DNA of 64,000 nt from a bacterium (lineage in GTDB: Bacteria; SAR324; JACQKK01): the NCBI GenBank assembly GCA_965240465.1, contig OZ251219.1:1408001-1472000 (forward strand), read 5' to 3'. The notes under the pieces were generated by a model. It did no database searches. It saw nothing but the letters and a program-made list of their open reading frames with translations, and had not been told where the DNA came from. Made by a program: the position numbers and the translations under genes. Below, in pieces: positions 27,852-38,148 of the stretch (positions are counted from its first letter, which is position 1; each line of letters begins with the position of its first letter).

Positions 27852-28829
27852 GTGATGAACGTTAAAGCGGTTAAAATAAACTTATTTCTGAAGATAACCC
27901 ACAGAGCGGCTTGGGTTTTATGTGGGTTGGTGCTGTTACTGTTACTAGCAGGAGCTCTGGTTACTAGCACGGATTCAGGGATGGCAGTACCTGATTGGCC
28001 ACTATCTTTTGGGCAATTTTTTCCTCCGATGAGAGGTGGTGTTCTTTATGAGCATGGGCATCGGCTAATGGCAGCGTTGGTGGGGTTGATGACATTTTGT
28101 TTGGCTGGATGGTTGTGGGTAGAGCGTTGTTTTGTAGTATCAAGGCGAATGGCAATTTTGGGAACGGGGTTGGTGGGGTTAGTATTAGTGCAAGGTATCT
28201 TGGGTGGAGTTACGGTCTTGCTAAAGTTACCCTTGGCAGTGAGTGTGAGTCATGCTTTGACGGCACAGTTATTTTTTATTGGGTGCGTGATGGCGGTAGA
28301 GTGGTCACGCCCTGTGATGAGATTAAGAGAGCAAGAGTTAGGAAAGAATGCATGGCAGTCTGGAAAATCACCAAACAAAAGGATTATTTCCTTACGTAGA
28401 TGGAGCGGAGTATTATTGGTGTTGGTGTGGATAGAAATACTTCTTGGAGCCATAGTGCGTCATAAGGGTGTAGGGCTGATAATCCCTGATTTTCCCTTAG
28501 CTTATGGCAAATTATTACCGAGCCAAGTATGGCAATCTTGGTCAGTGGCGGTGCATTATGGTCATAGGATGGGAGCTTTAGTGTTGACTATACTAGCGGT
28601 GTGGGTGGCTTGGCAAGTGCTGAAGCCTACAGAATTAAAAGCTTGGAATGAAAAAGATTTGCAACGTGTTGTATTAGCCATCCTGGTTACGGTGCTATTG
28701 CAGTTGTGCTTGGGGGCTTCCATTATTTGGCTACGACGCCCAGTGGTTTTGACTAGCCTACATTTGGTAAATGGAGCGTTGTTGAACGCAGCGGTATTTA
28801 TTTTGTGGGAGCGTATAAGGTGCACTTAA
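27852..28829 (+). CDS. ctaA: Heme A synthase (CtaA/COX15)
   Basis: GMAVPDWP, YEHGHR, QGILGG, SHA, HYGHR, SLHL. Confidence 0.9.
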   Translation: MMNVKAVKINLFLKITHRAAWVLCGLVLLLLLAGALVTSTDSGMAVPDWPLSFGQFFPPMRGGVLYEHGHRLMAALVGLMTFCLAGWLWVERCFVVSRRMAILGTGLVGLVLVQGILGGVTVLLKLPLAVSVSHALTAQLFFIGCVMAVEWSRPVMRLREQELGKNAWQSGKSPNKRIISLRRWSGVLLVLVWIEILLGAIVRHKGVGLIIPDFPLAYGKLLPSQVWQSWSVAVHYGHRMGALVLTILAVWVAWQVLKPTELKAWNEKDLQRVVLAILVTVLLQLCLGASIIWLRRPVVLTSLHLVNGALLNAAVFILWERIRCT

Positions 28830-29701
28830 TACCTCTAAATATCAGCTGTTTCTTGATATTGATAAGACTGGGCAAACCTCGCATTACGCTGATGGTAACC
28901 TTGGTTGCTGGGTTAGGAGCATCGTTAGCTCATACTCAAGAATTGGGAGAGAATGTAGATTGGCTGTGTCCATTGCTAGTGGGAACAGCTCTGTTAAGCT
29001 GGGGGATAAACGCTTTGAATCAATATCTAGAACAAGATGTAGATGCACTCATGAATCGCACTAAAAAACGTCCATTACCGCAAAGAGAGATTTCTGCTCG
29101 TACGGCATTTGCTTGGGGCAGTCTGATGATGCTGGCAGGGATGGCATTTTTGCTCAGTATCAATTGGCTGACAGGCTGGCTGGGGATATTTGTAGCCGTT
29201 TTATACCTAGGAATGTATACTCCTCTAAAGCGATTAAGCTCCCTAAATATGCTGGTAGGAGCAGTGCCAGGGGCGATGCCTCCCTTAGTCGGCTGGGCGG
29301 CTGTTAACGGACGCTTAGATCCTTTGGCACTGTGGTTGTTCGGGTGGATATTTCTCTGGCAATATGCTCATTTTCTGCCTATTGCTTGGCTATATCGTAT
29401 GCAGTATCGCCGGGCGGGGTTAAAAATGCTTTCTGTTAATGATAGCCAAGGAACACAAATTCGCTGGCAATTGCCTCTTTATGCTGTTGCTACCATGCTA
29501 ATGGGACTTCATCCGCAATTAACTCAGGTTGGCCGGGAAATATATATCTTTGTGGCTTTTACTATGGGACTAATCTTCTGTTTATCAGCTCTTGTAACTG
29601 CTTGGAAGTTAAGCGATCAAGCGGCACGATGGACACTGAGGATATCAGTGATTTATCTTCCTATGTTGCTGTTAGCCTTATTGTTGGGATCTTTTGACTA
29701 G
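28805..29701 (+). CDS. ctaB: Protoheme IX farnesyltransferase (heme O synthase); start uncertain
   Basis: KPRI, NQYLEQDVDALMNRTKKRPLP, YTPLKR, GAVPGAMPPLVGW, WQYAHF. Confidence 0.93.
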   Translation: MGAYKVHLIPLNISCFLILIRLGKPRITLMVTLVAGLGASLAHTQELGENVDWLCPLLVGTALLSWGINALNQYLEQDVDALMNRTKKRPLPQREISARTAFAWGSLMMLAGMAFLLSINWLTGWLGIFVAVLYLGMYTPLKRLSSLNMLVGAVPGAMPPLVGWAAVNGRLDPLALWLFGWIFLWQYAHFLPIAWLYRMQYRRAGLKMLSVNDSQGTQIRWQLPLYAVATMLMGLHPQLTQVGREIYIFVAFTMGLIFCLSALVTAWKLSDQAARWTLRISVIYLPMLLLALLLGSFD

Positions 29702-29724
29702 CCGCTGCTAGTCCATTTTTGATT

Positions 29725-30627
29725 ATGAGCGTCCCTTTCTTACAGGTAGATAATATAAGTGCCCATTGGGGTCAACAGGAGGCCTTAAAAAGTGTCAGCT
29801 TTTTGCTATCGCTGGGGGAGAGAATGGCATTACTAGGGCCTAATGGGGGAGGAAAAAGTACTCTGATGCTGGTATTAGCTGGTTTGCATCGTTTGAGCGG
29901 AGGGCAAGTGCTATGGGATGGCAAAGCTGGATTAACACGCTCTGAAGTGGGTATGGCTTTTCAGGTTTCTAGTTTGGATGTACGACTTTCAATTCGTGAA
30001 AATCTGATTTTGCATTCCCGACTGCAAGGGATGAAGGCACACTTGGTAGCCGAACAGATAAAGTTCTTGCTAAAACATTTGGGGTTGGCTGCCGAAATAG
30101 ATAAGCGAGTAGAAGAATTATCGGGCGGGCAGCAACGCCGATCTGAATTGGCAAAGGCCTTGCTACATCGGCCTAGGCTATTGCTATTGGACGAACCTAC
30201 TGCTGGGCTTGACCCTGTTGCTCGCAAGGATTTTTGGGACTTACTTAATACTCTGGCAACTAAACAACTATTCAGCGTGATTACCTCCACCCATTTGATA
30301 GATGAAGCAGAATCCTGTCAATGGTCTGCGGTACTTCATAGCGGCAGGCTTACTTTATTGGGAACACCTCAGCAATTGCGTGGTGCCATGCAACAGAATA
30401 TCCTTACCTTGGGATTCTGTAGCAAATCGGCAGTAAAAAAAGCTCGCCCTATACTTGAAAAATTTAGCGGTCTTCCTGCACAATGTGATAATGAGCAACT
30501 TAAAGTAACTCCATTCTCTTCAAAAAAACTTCCTGAATTGCTAAAAGTGCTTAACCAAAACGATATCAATTACGTGCAACTAGCTTATCCTTCGTTAGAG
30601 GAAGTTATTTATTTTTCAAATAAATAA
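29725..30627 (+). CDS. ABC-2 type exporter ATP-binding protein
   Basis: GPNGGGKS, LSGGQQRR, LLLDEPTAGLDP. Confidence 0.92.
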   Translation: MSVPFLQVDNISAHWGQQEALKSVSFLLSLGERMALLGPNGGGKSTLMLVLAGLHRLSGGQVLWDGKAGLTRSEVGMAFQVSSLDVRLSIRENLILHSRLQGMKAHLVAEQIKFLLKHLGLAAEIDKRVEELSGGQQRRSELAKALLHRPRLLLLDEPTAGLDPVARKDFWDLLNTLATKQLFSVITSTHLIDEAESCQWSAVLHSGRLTLLGTPQQLRGAMQQNILTLGFCSKSAVKKARPILEKFSGLPAQCDNEQLKVTPFSSKKLPELLKVLNQNDINYVQLAYPSLEEVIYFSNK

Positions 30628-30642
30628 CTATGATAAAAAACG

Positions 30643-31434
30643 ATGACAAACAAACCCGTACGTAGCCTAGCCTTAGCCACATGGGGATTGCTTTCCAGAG
30701 AGATTCTGCGTTTCTCTCGCCAACCTGGGCGCATTGCAGGAGCAATTGGTACTCCTATAATGTTTTGGTTTGTGTTGGGGAGTGGCTTCGGAAACTCTCT
30801 AAGACCTCCGGGCATTAGTGAAATTGATTACCTTACCTTCTTTCATCCTGGTGCCATGCTGATGATACTCCTCTTTACTACCATTTTCTCATCCATATCC
30901 GTGATTCAAGACAGAACCAGTGGATTTTTGTCAGCTATCCTAGTCACCCAAGCTCCTAGGTTAGCTATCGTGCTGGGCAAGGTACTGAGTAGCACCATCT
31001 TAGGCACACTCCAGAGTGCTACCTTGCTATTGGCAGCTCCTTTGCTTGGCATCCAGTTGACTTTAGCGGGGGTTACCCTTTGCTTTGGAATCCTTACCCT
31101 TACCTCTCTTGGTTTAAGTTCCTTAGGCTTTGCCTTTGCCTGGCACATGAGATCCATCCAGAGTTTCCACGGTATTATGAACTTACTACTTTTCCCCATG
31201 TGGATGCTCTCGGGTGCATTCTTTTCTCATACCAGTGCTACACAGCCCATTCTTACCTTAATGTGGGGCAACCCGCTGACCTACGCTCTCAGTGCTCTCC
31301 GCTATGCCATTCTTCCCATCCAACAATCACAAGCACTCATGATTGTCTCACCACTGAACTCTCTGATAATCCTTATCTTTTTCTGCGTGGGTTCACTTGT
31401 TTGGGCACTATTTTCTGTGTTTCAGTCTAGGTGA
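30643..31434 (+). CDS. ABC-2 type permease
   Basis: SISVIQDRTSGFL, PMWMLSGAFF, NPLTYA. Confidence 0.9.
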   Translation: MTNKPVRSLALATWGLLSREILRFSRQPGRIAGAIGTPIMFWFVLGSGFGNSLRPPGISEIDYLTFFHPGAMLMILLFTTIFSSISVIQDRTSGFLSAILVTQAPRLAIVLGKVLSSTILGTLQSATLLLAAPLLGIQLTLAGVTLCFGILTLTSLGLSSLGFAFAWHMRSIQSFHGIMNLLLFPMWMLSGAFFSHTSATQPILTLMWGNPLTYALSALRYAILPIQQSQALMIVSPLNSLIILIFFCVGSLVWALFSVFQSR

Positions 31435-31503
31435 AACTAGATCTTGCCCTCCCCCGAGATACATTACGCTCTAACTCTTAATCTTGCCTCTCAAATTTAA
31501 CCT

Positions 31504-31911
31504 ATGGATCTTCCTACTCTCAATGCCAGCCTTAACTTTCTGGCATTGTGCTTCCTAACAGCAGGCTTTATCGCAATTAAGTCAGGACGAAAAAATCTCC
31601 ATGCACTCCTGATGATAGCAGCTTTTATTACATCCACCGTTTTTTTGGTAAGCTACCTGATCTATCATTATTCTTCACCTATCAACACCTTTAACGGACC
31701 GCTACTGGCACGCATTATTTACTTCCCAATCCTAATTATCCACATATTGTTTGCTTTTACCATTCCTCCGCTGGCCATTGCTACCATTTACACCGCAGCC
31801 ACAAAAAGATTTACAAGACATAAAAAAATTGCCAAGACAACCCTTCCTATCTGGATGTTTGTCTCTGTATCAGGAATCATTGTATACTTTATGCTTTACC
31901 GCTGGTATTAG
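31504..31911 (+). CDS. DUF420 family membrane protein (CtaM/YozB-like, cytochrome oxidase assembly)
   Basis: LPTLNASLN, H..LM..AF..S..FL.SYL.YH, HKKIAK.TLPIW.FVSVSG. Confidence 0.88.
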   Translation: MDLPTLNASLNFLALCFLTAGFIAIKSGRKNLHALLMIAAFITSTVFLVSYLIYHYSSPINTFNGPLLARIIYFPILIIHILFAFTIPPLAIATIYTAATKRFTRHKKIAKTTLPIWMFVSVSGIIVYFMLYRWY

Positions 31912-31983
31912 GGGCAGGCAGGTTTATTATAAATATGTATATCAATAATCTCCTTATAAATAACCTAAAAGTGAGCTTATAAG

Positions 31984-32754
31984 GTGGACTTGACTGGTAA
32001 ATTTGCATTGTTGACCGGAATTACAAATCGTAGTTCTATTGCATTTGGGGTTGCCGAAGCCCTGAAAAAGCGTGGGGCACGGCTGGCATTAGGTTATTAT
32101 CCTTTGAAAAAGGAGGGCTATGAGAAAAAACTACGCCACCTTATAGATGAACTGGCATTTGAACACATTGTACCCATGGACGTGAGTGATGTTGATTCCG
32201 TCAAAGCTATGTTTCAAGTTTTGGGTAGTGAGTGGGGGCGGTTGGATATCATGGTGCATAGCTTGGCATCAGCAAAGCGTGAAGAATTAGGAGGAAGATA
32301 TTCAGACATCTCGGAGGAGGGCTTTTCCTTGGCACATCGGATATCGGCTTATAGTTTGATAGAACTAACTCGTCATGCACGGACATTGATGAAAGGTGGC
32401 GGTAGCATCTTAACGCTCTCGTATGTGGGTGCTCAGCGAGCTTGCCGTAATTATAATGTGATGGGAGCTGCCAAAGCTTCTCTGGAAGCCAGTGTACGCT
32501 ATCTGGCTATGGAACTAGGACCTGAAAACATCCGAGTAAATGCGGTATCTGCAGGACCAATTCGCACGTTATCAGCCGCGGGTATTACTAATTTCTTTGA
32601 TCTGCTACATAACGCGAAGGAAAAAAGCCCCTTAGGGCGAAACATTACCCAAAAAGAAGTCGGAGACGCATGTGTCTTTCTAGCCAGCAAGGCATCCTCT
32701 GGGATTACAGGGCAAACCATATTTGTAGATGGAGGCTATAATATTTACGGCTAA
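31984..32754 (+). CDS. fabI: Enoyl-ACP reductase
   Basis: SSIAFG, YNVMGAAKASLE, SAGPIRTLSA. Confidence 0.95.
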   Translation: MDLTGKFALLTGITNRSSIAFGVAEALKKRGARLALGYYPLKKEGYEKKLRHLIDELAFEHIVPMDVSDVDSVKAMFQVLGSEWGRLDIMVHSLASAKREELGGRYSDISEEGFSLAHRISAYSLIELTRHARTLMKGGGSILTLSYVGAQRACRNYNVMGAAKASLEASVRYLAMELGPENIRVNAVSAGPIRTLSAAGITNFFDLLHNAKEKSPLGRNITQKEVGDACVFLASKASSGITGQTIFVDGGYNIYG

Positions 32755-32886
32755 TAATTTTATCAAAAATCAACCGTAAATGTTTAGGTCAGCACACCAA
32801 TCTAGAGGTTAGAAACAACGCATGTGGCTTGTTATGCCACTGAAAGAAACATAATATGTAGTTAATCTAGCATTGAAATAGAATTA

Positions 32887-35800
32887 ATGGCCTTAAAAGA
32901 TCAAAGGAGTAGCACTCCAGAAATTATTCGCAAGACTGTAGCTCTTGCAGAGAAATGGCAAAACATTGCAAATAGCCTACGCACCAAAGATGAACTAGCC
33001 CAGCAAAGCATGATGCGGTGCTTACTCAATCATCCGTCTGATAAGACTGTCTTGATGCACTTGATGGATCAGAGTTTTCGTTCTAAAAATCCAAGTCGGG
33101 TGGTGTCTCAGCTTTGCTATTTGCTAGAGCATTACAGTATTCCTAGCTTTTTTACCAACTTAGAAAAGCTATTACTCAAGGTATTTTTAAGGTTAGGTAG
33201 ATTTTTTCCCAGAATTTCTCATTCACAGATTTTGCAAAAAATACGCAAGACGACCCAGCATGTAATTATTCCTGAAGATCCAAAATTTCTACAGGCACAC
33301 TTGCAAAAAAGACGTTCTGAAGTTGTTCAGGTGAACCTAAATCATTTAGGTGAGTTAGTCCTTGGCGATGAAGAAGCACAAAACAGAGTACGGCAATATG
33401 GGAAATCTCTTTGCGACCCAGCCATACACACCATTTCTATCAAGATTTCTAATATTGTAGCCCAGATTCACCCTCTCGGTTTTGACGATGAATTAGACTT
33501 AATTTGCAAAAAACTGGCAGAACTTTACCACATTGCCATGGAACACCCAGTTATACACAGCGATGGCATTAAACGAACAAAATTTGTCAATCTGGACATG
33601 GAAGCCTACCACGATTTAGATTTAACAATGGTTGTTTTCATGCGGACGCTAAATAAACCAGAGTTTAAAAATTTACAGGCAGGCATTGTTTTACAGGCTT
33701 ACCTGCCAGATTCATTTTTACACCAACAGGAACTAGTAAAATGGGCTAAAAATAGGGTTGCTAACGGTGGTAGCCCAGTAAAGATGCGTTTGGTTAAGGG
33801 TGCAAATTTAGCTATGGAATCGTTTGAAGCTGCTGTGTGTGGTTGGCCGCTGACGGTTTTTGACTCCAAAATAGAAACAGACGCAAATTTTAAGCGGATG
33901 CTAGAATTTGGGCTACAAAAGGAAAACATTCCTGCTGTTAATCTGGGTTTAGCCTCGCACAATTTGTTTGATCTTGCTTATGCCTATAGTCTTATAGAAG
34001 AGCGTGGTATTTCCAAAGGCTTTGTTTTTGAGATGCTTGAAGGTATGGCAGACCACGTACGCCGAGCAATGCAAAATGGCTCACGCATGATCCCTAAAAA
34101 TGGCTCACAAAAAATATCAGCTATAAAAATGAAAAATCCAGAGATGCTCCTTTATACTCCGGTAGCAAACAAGGAGCAATTTGTGAATTCTATCGCCTAT
34201 CTGGTACGCAGGCTGGATGAGAATACTAGTCAGGATAATTTTTTGCGTTATTCCTTTGATATTAAAGTAGGATCTAAGGAATGGAAATTTCTTGAGAATC
34301 AGTTTATGTCTTCGTGGCAGATTAAGGATACAGTTTCATTTGCTCCACGGCGTCAACAGAATCGTGCTACAGAGGTGTTTTCCAAGGGGGTTGGTACATT
34401 TAATAATCCTGTTTTTTCTAACGAGCCAGACACCGACTGGGTACTACCTGCTAATCGAGAATGGGCTGAAACAATCCGCAAAAAATGGCAGCCAAATAAG
34501 CAAACTAAAACCGAAAACATTCCGCTTATAATTGGTAAAAATGTAGTAACCGCTGAGCGTAAGCAACAAATATTTATTGATCCCTCGCAACCAAAAATGC
34601 CTCCGCCATTTTCTGTGGCACTAGCTACAGAAGAAGATGTTAATAAATCTGTAAAAATTGCTAAGGACGATAGCTCAAATTGGCATAAAACAACCCTGAA
34701 AAAACGACATGAACTGCTTAGCAATGTCGCCAATAATTTAAGAAAGAAACGAGGAGACTTGATCGGAATGGCTGCCGCAGTTTGTGGCAAGACTTTCTAT
34801 GAGTCAGACCCCGAAATTTCTGAAGCAATTGATTTCGCTGAGTATTATCCACATTCTTTGCGTTTGATTGAAAGGCAGACTTCGCTAAAATTGCAACCGA
34901 TGGGGATAGTTTTGGTGATTCCTCCCTGGAATTTTCCGATTGCTATCCCCACTGGAGGAATTGTTGCAGCCTTAGCAACGGGCAATACAGTTTTATTTAA
35001 GCCATCTCCACTGGCATTTCCTTTGGGTAACTATATTGCTCAATGTTTCTGGGATGCTGGTATTCCTCGTGATGCCTTACAGGTAATTACTTGTGAGGAT
35101 GGCAAGCCTATTGAAACTCTCTCAGCACATCCCGATGTGAACGCAGTTATATTCACCGGAGGCACTAAAACCGCCTTGAAATTGCTTGAAAATCGTCCTG
35201 ATGTGGCATTATCAGCAGAAACAGGGGGTAAAAACGCCACCATCGTCACTGCTATGGCTGACCGTGATCAAGCAGTTGAGCATGTTCTGCATTCTGTTTT
35301 CAGCTACAGCGGGCAAAAATGTTCGGCGACTTCACTGCTTATTTTGGAAAGTGAAGTCTATGAAGATACTATTTTTCGCAAGCAATTACTGGATGCTATT
35401 AAAACCCTGCAAGTCGGTTCTGTTTGGGATTTTTCTAATAAAATGGGACCACTTATACGAGAACCAATGGAAAATTTAAAAAGAGGGTTGGAAAATTTGG
35501 ATGATGGAGAAAGCTGGGCTTTGAAATCAAAGTGCGACAAAAGCAATCCAAAACTTTGGCATCCTGCTGTCAAATGGGGTGTACAGCGTGGGAGTTTTTC
35601 ACATCAAACCGAATTTTTTGGGCCATTGCTTTCAGTAATGAAAGCCGATTCACTGGAGGATGCGATTGCTATCGCTAATGACACGGATTACGGTTTAACT
35701 TCTGGGTTGGAAAGTTTAGATCCCCGCGAGCAAAAAATATGGTCTGAGAAAATCGCTGCAGGAAATCTTTACATTAACCGAGTAACCACGGGGGCGATTG

Positions 35801-36573
35801 TCTTGCGCCAGCCCTTTGGGGGAATTGGTTATTCTGCGATTGGAGCAGGTATCAAGGCGGGTAGCCCTAATTATGTCTTACAGTTCTGCAACATAAAGGA
35901 AGGCAATACTCCCACTCAAGGCAAAATAAATAATGAATTAGAACTATATTTGATTGCTAAGGACTTGCATAAACTAGAACGAAGTAAATATCCAGAGTTC
36001 AGGGATGATTTGCAAAAAACCGTGCGGGCGATTAATAGTTGCTTATATCAATACGAGCAGGAATTTTCTAAAGAGCAAGATTTTTTCCGTTTGCGTGGGC
36101 AAGATAATTTATTCCGTTATCTTCCGATTGGGAAAGTATGTGTACGCTTACACGCAGAAGACGGTTTGTTTGAGGTGCTGATACGCATTACCGCTGCACG
36201 AATTGCCAAATGCCAAGTGGAAATGAGTGTTCCTCTGGACTTAAAAAACTCAGTTACTGAATTTATAGCCAGCAAGGAAGGCAAACACTTCTGCCATTTG
36301 GTAGTGTACCATACTGAAACCGATGAAAAACTGGCAGGACGCATTGCTGAAATAGATAGAGTGCGTTATGCCCATCCTGACCGTGTCCCTAGCATTGTCT
36401 ACCAAGCTGCCGCCAAACTAGGCAAGTACGTCTCCCGAGATATACCACTGGCTGAGGGACGTATTGAAGTATTACGCTATATGCGTGAACAAAGTCTGTC
36501 TATAGATTATCACCGCTACGGTAATTTGGGAGAACGGGAGGACAAAATCGACTCAGCTTGCCAAAAAGTGTAA
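32887..36573 (+). CDS. putA: Bifunctional proline dehydrogenase / P5C dehydrogenase with C-terminal extension, no N-terminal RHH domain
   Basis: NLDME, RLVKGAN, ASHN, AYLVRRLDEN; PWNFP, AETGGKN, GQKCSA, EFFGP. Confidence 0.96.
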   Translation: MALKDQRSSTPEIIRKTVALAEKWQNIANSLRTKDELAQQSMMRCLLNHPSDKTVLMHLMDQSFRSKNPSRVVSQLCYLLEHYSIPSFFTNLEKLLLKVFLRLGRFFPRISHSQILQKIRKTTQHVIIPEDPKFLQAHLQKRRSEVVQVNLNHLGELVLGDEEAQNRVRQYGKSLCDPAIHTISIKISNIVAQIHPLGFDDELDLICKKLAELYHIAMEHPVIHSDGIKRTKFVNLDMEAYHDLDLTMVVFMRTLNKPEFKNLQAGIVLQAYLPDSFLHQQELVKWAKNRVANGGSPVKMRLVKGANLAMESFEAAVCGWPLTVFDSKIETDANFKRMLEFGLQKENIPAVNLGLASHNLFDLAYAYSLIEERGISKGFVFEMLEGMADHVRRAMQNGSRMIPKNGSQKISAIKMKNPEMLLYTPVANKEQFVNSIAYLVRRLDENTSQDNFLRYSFDIKVGSKEWKFLENQFMSSWQIKDTVSFAPRRQQNRATEVFSKGVGTFNNPVFSNEPDTDWVLPANREWAETIRKKWQPNKQTKTENIPLIIGKNVVTAERKQQIFIDPSQPKMPPPFSVALATEEDVNKSVKIAKDDSSNWHKTTLKKRHELLSNVANNLRKKRGDLIGMAAAVCGKTFYESDPEISEAIDFAEYYPHSLRLIERQTSLKLQPMGIVLVIPPWNFPIAIPTGGIVAALATGNTVLFKPSPLAFPLGNYIAQCFWDAGIPRDALQVITCEDGKPIETLSAHPDVNAVIFTGGTKTALKLLENRPDVALSAETGGKNATIVTAMADRDQAVEHVLHSVFSYSGQKCSATSLLILESEVYEDTIFRKQLLDAIKTLQVGSVWDFSNKMGPLIREPMENLKRGLENLDDGESWALKSKCDKSNPKLWHPAVKWGVQRGSFSHQTEFFGPLLSVMKADSLEDAIAIANDTDYGLTSGLESLDPREQKIWSEKIAAGNLYINRVTTGAIVLRQPFGGIGYSAIGAGIKAGSPNYVLQFCNIKEGNTPTQGKINNELELYLIAKDLHKLERSKYPEFRDDLQKTVRAINSCLYQYEQEFSKEQDFFRLRGQDNLFRYLPIGKVCVRLHAEDGLFEVLIRITAARIAKCQVEMSVPLDLKNSVTEFIASKEGKHFCHLVVYHTETDEKLAGRIAEIDRVRYAHPDRVPSIVYQAAAKLGKYVSRDIPLAEGRIEVLRYMREQSLSIDYHRYGNLGEREDKIDSACQKV

Positions 36574-36592
36574 GTCAAAAGATAAGTAATCT

Positions 36593-37039
36593 CTAATTCT
36601 CATCTAAAATAGCACCCTTAGTGAGAATGACACAGCCATAAGGCCTTGTTTCTGTGGTGGCAAACACGGCAAATGCAGATTTAACTTGATGATAAAATTG
36701 AAAGCGTTCCAGGTGCTTAGGCTGGATCTTGGATGGCGTGGGTATCATCTGGGAACACGCCCTGGATATTTCTAACAAATCTTGGACAGCAGCAGGTACA
36801 AGGGAATTATCTACGGTTTGCATGAATTTTATAGGGTGTTCTGTGAAGGCATCTACGGGCATGATGGAAAGAACGGCCTTGGTTACCTCGCAGGCTGGGC
36901 AGCTCAGGTACACCAGTTTTTTAGCCATGGAAGCGGCAGGAAAATTACTGTCTACAATGGCCAGCTCGTCTCCATGTCCCATGGAAGCAAGGATGTAAAG
37001 GGCTTCAGCATTGATGATAGGGGGAATGTTTATAAGCAT
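36593..37039 (-). CDS. RbsD/FucU family mutarotase/pyranase
   Basis: MGHGDELAIVDSNFPA, ERFQFY, T.ETRPYGCVILTKG. Confidence 0.92.
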   Translation of the reverse strand: MLINIPPIINAEALYILASMGHGDELAIVDSNFPAASMAKKLVYLSCPACEVTKAVLSIMPVDAFTEHPIKFMQTVDNSLVPAAVQDLLEISRACSQMIPTPSKIQPKHLERFQFYHQVKSAFAVFATTETRPYGCVILTKGAILDEN

Positions 37040-37209
37040 GTCATTATTATTTAAGAACAGTGTAATTATATTTTATTTCTCAGATGAACAACCAGATACT
37101 GCTACTGAGCAAGGGCAACATCCTTGATAAGACAGGCAAGAAATCGTAGCATGGAATAACTTGAATTAGCATTCTCATATTAATCACTCTGTGTTCTAAA
37201 CTATCAATA

Positions 37210-37584
37210 ATGATTAACTTAACCGAAAACGCAGCTAAAGAAATACGTAAGATTAGAATTAATGAGCACCTGGATGACAGTGTGCCTATTCGTATTGGAG
37301 TAAAAGCTGGTGGTTGCTCAGGATTCACCTACACTTTTGACTTTGATAGTCGTAAAACAAAATTTGATATGGAATTCAAATCGCAAGGAATGAATATCAT
37401 CGTAGACAAAAAAAGCCTTCTTTATATTAATGGTACCATCGTTGACTGGAGCTATAACCTTGCTAATAGAGGTCTGGTTTTTAATAATCCTTGTGCCAAA
37501 GGGTCATGCGGATGCAGTACATCTTTTATCTTTGAACCAGAACTTAAAGAAAAAGATGTTCCCATACTTCAGTTTAAATTCTAG
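37210..37584 (+). CDS. iscA: A-type Fe-S carrier (IscA/HesB family)
   Basis: GGCSGF and NP.AKGSCGCSTSF. Confidence 0.9.
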   Translation: MINLTENAAKEIRKIRINEHLDDSVPIRIGVKAGGCSGFTYTFDFDSRKTKFDMEFKSQGMNIIVDKKSLLYINGTIVDWSYNLANRGLVFNNPCAKGSCGCSTSFIFEPELKEKDVPILQFKF

Positions 37585-37604
37585 CCCGAAACCAAGTTAC
37601 ATTC

Positions 37605-38051
37605 ATGGCTGATATCCTGCTACTAAATGGTCCTAACCTTAATTTGCTAGGCAAGCGTCAACCAGAAATATATGGACATCATACCCTCAAGCAAATAACC
37701 CAAGCCGTTGACGAAGTAGTCTCGATAGCAGGGCACAAACTAACTGCCTTCCAATCTAACCACGAAGGACAACTAATTGACTTTATTCATAAAAATAGCG
37801 AAGCTCAGTTCTTACTACTAAACGCGGCAGCTTTCACTCATACCAGCATTGCTCTTAGGGATGCGGTCAAGTTCACCAGCATTCCCTTTGTAGAAATCCA
37901 TCTTTCTAATGTTTACAAAAGAGAACCTTTTAGGCATAGCTCATTTTTCTCTGACATCTCCCAAAGTCTGATTTGTGGTTGTGGGTACTTTGGCTATGTT
38001 CTTGCGGCTCAATTCGCGGTACATTTTCTGGAAAACAAGACGAAGATCTAA
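37605..38051 (+). CDS. aroQ: Type II 3-dehydroquinate dehydratase
   Basis: LNGPNLNLLGKRQPEIYG, QSNHEG, HTSIALRDA, EIHLSN. Confidence 0.97.
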   Translation: MADILLLNGPNLNLLGKRQPEIYGHHTLKQITQAVDEVVSIAGHKLTAFQSNHEGQLIDFIHKNSEAQFLLLNAAAFTHTSIALRDAVKFTSIPFVEIHLSNVYKREPFRHSSFFSDISQSLICGCGYFGYVLAAQFAVHFLENKTKI

Positions 38052-38148
38052 ATTACAATATGCCGATCTTTTTTGTACACAACTACTATCTCTAGTAAGA
38101 AAGTAGCTATATCTACCTATTATGTTTCCTAACGCAGCAAAAATAGCC

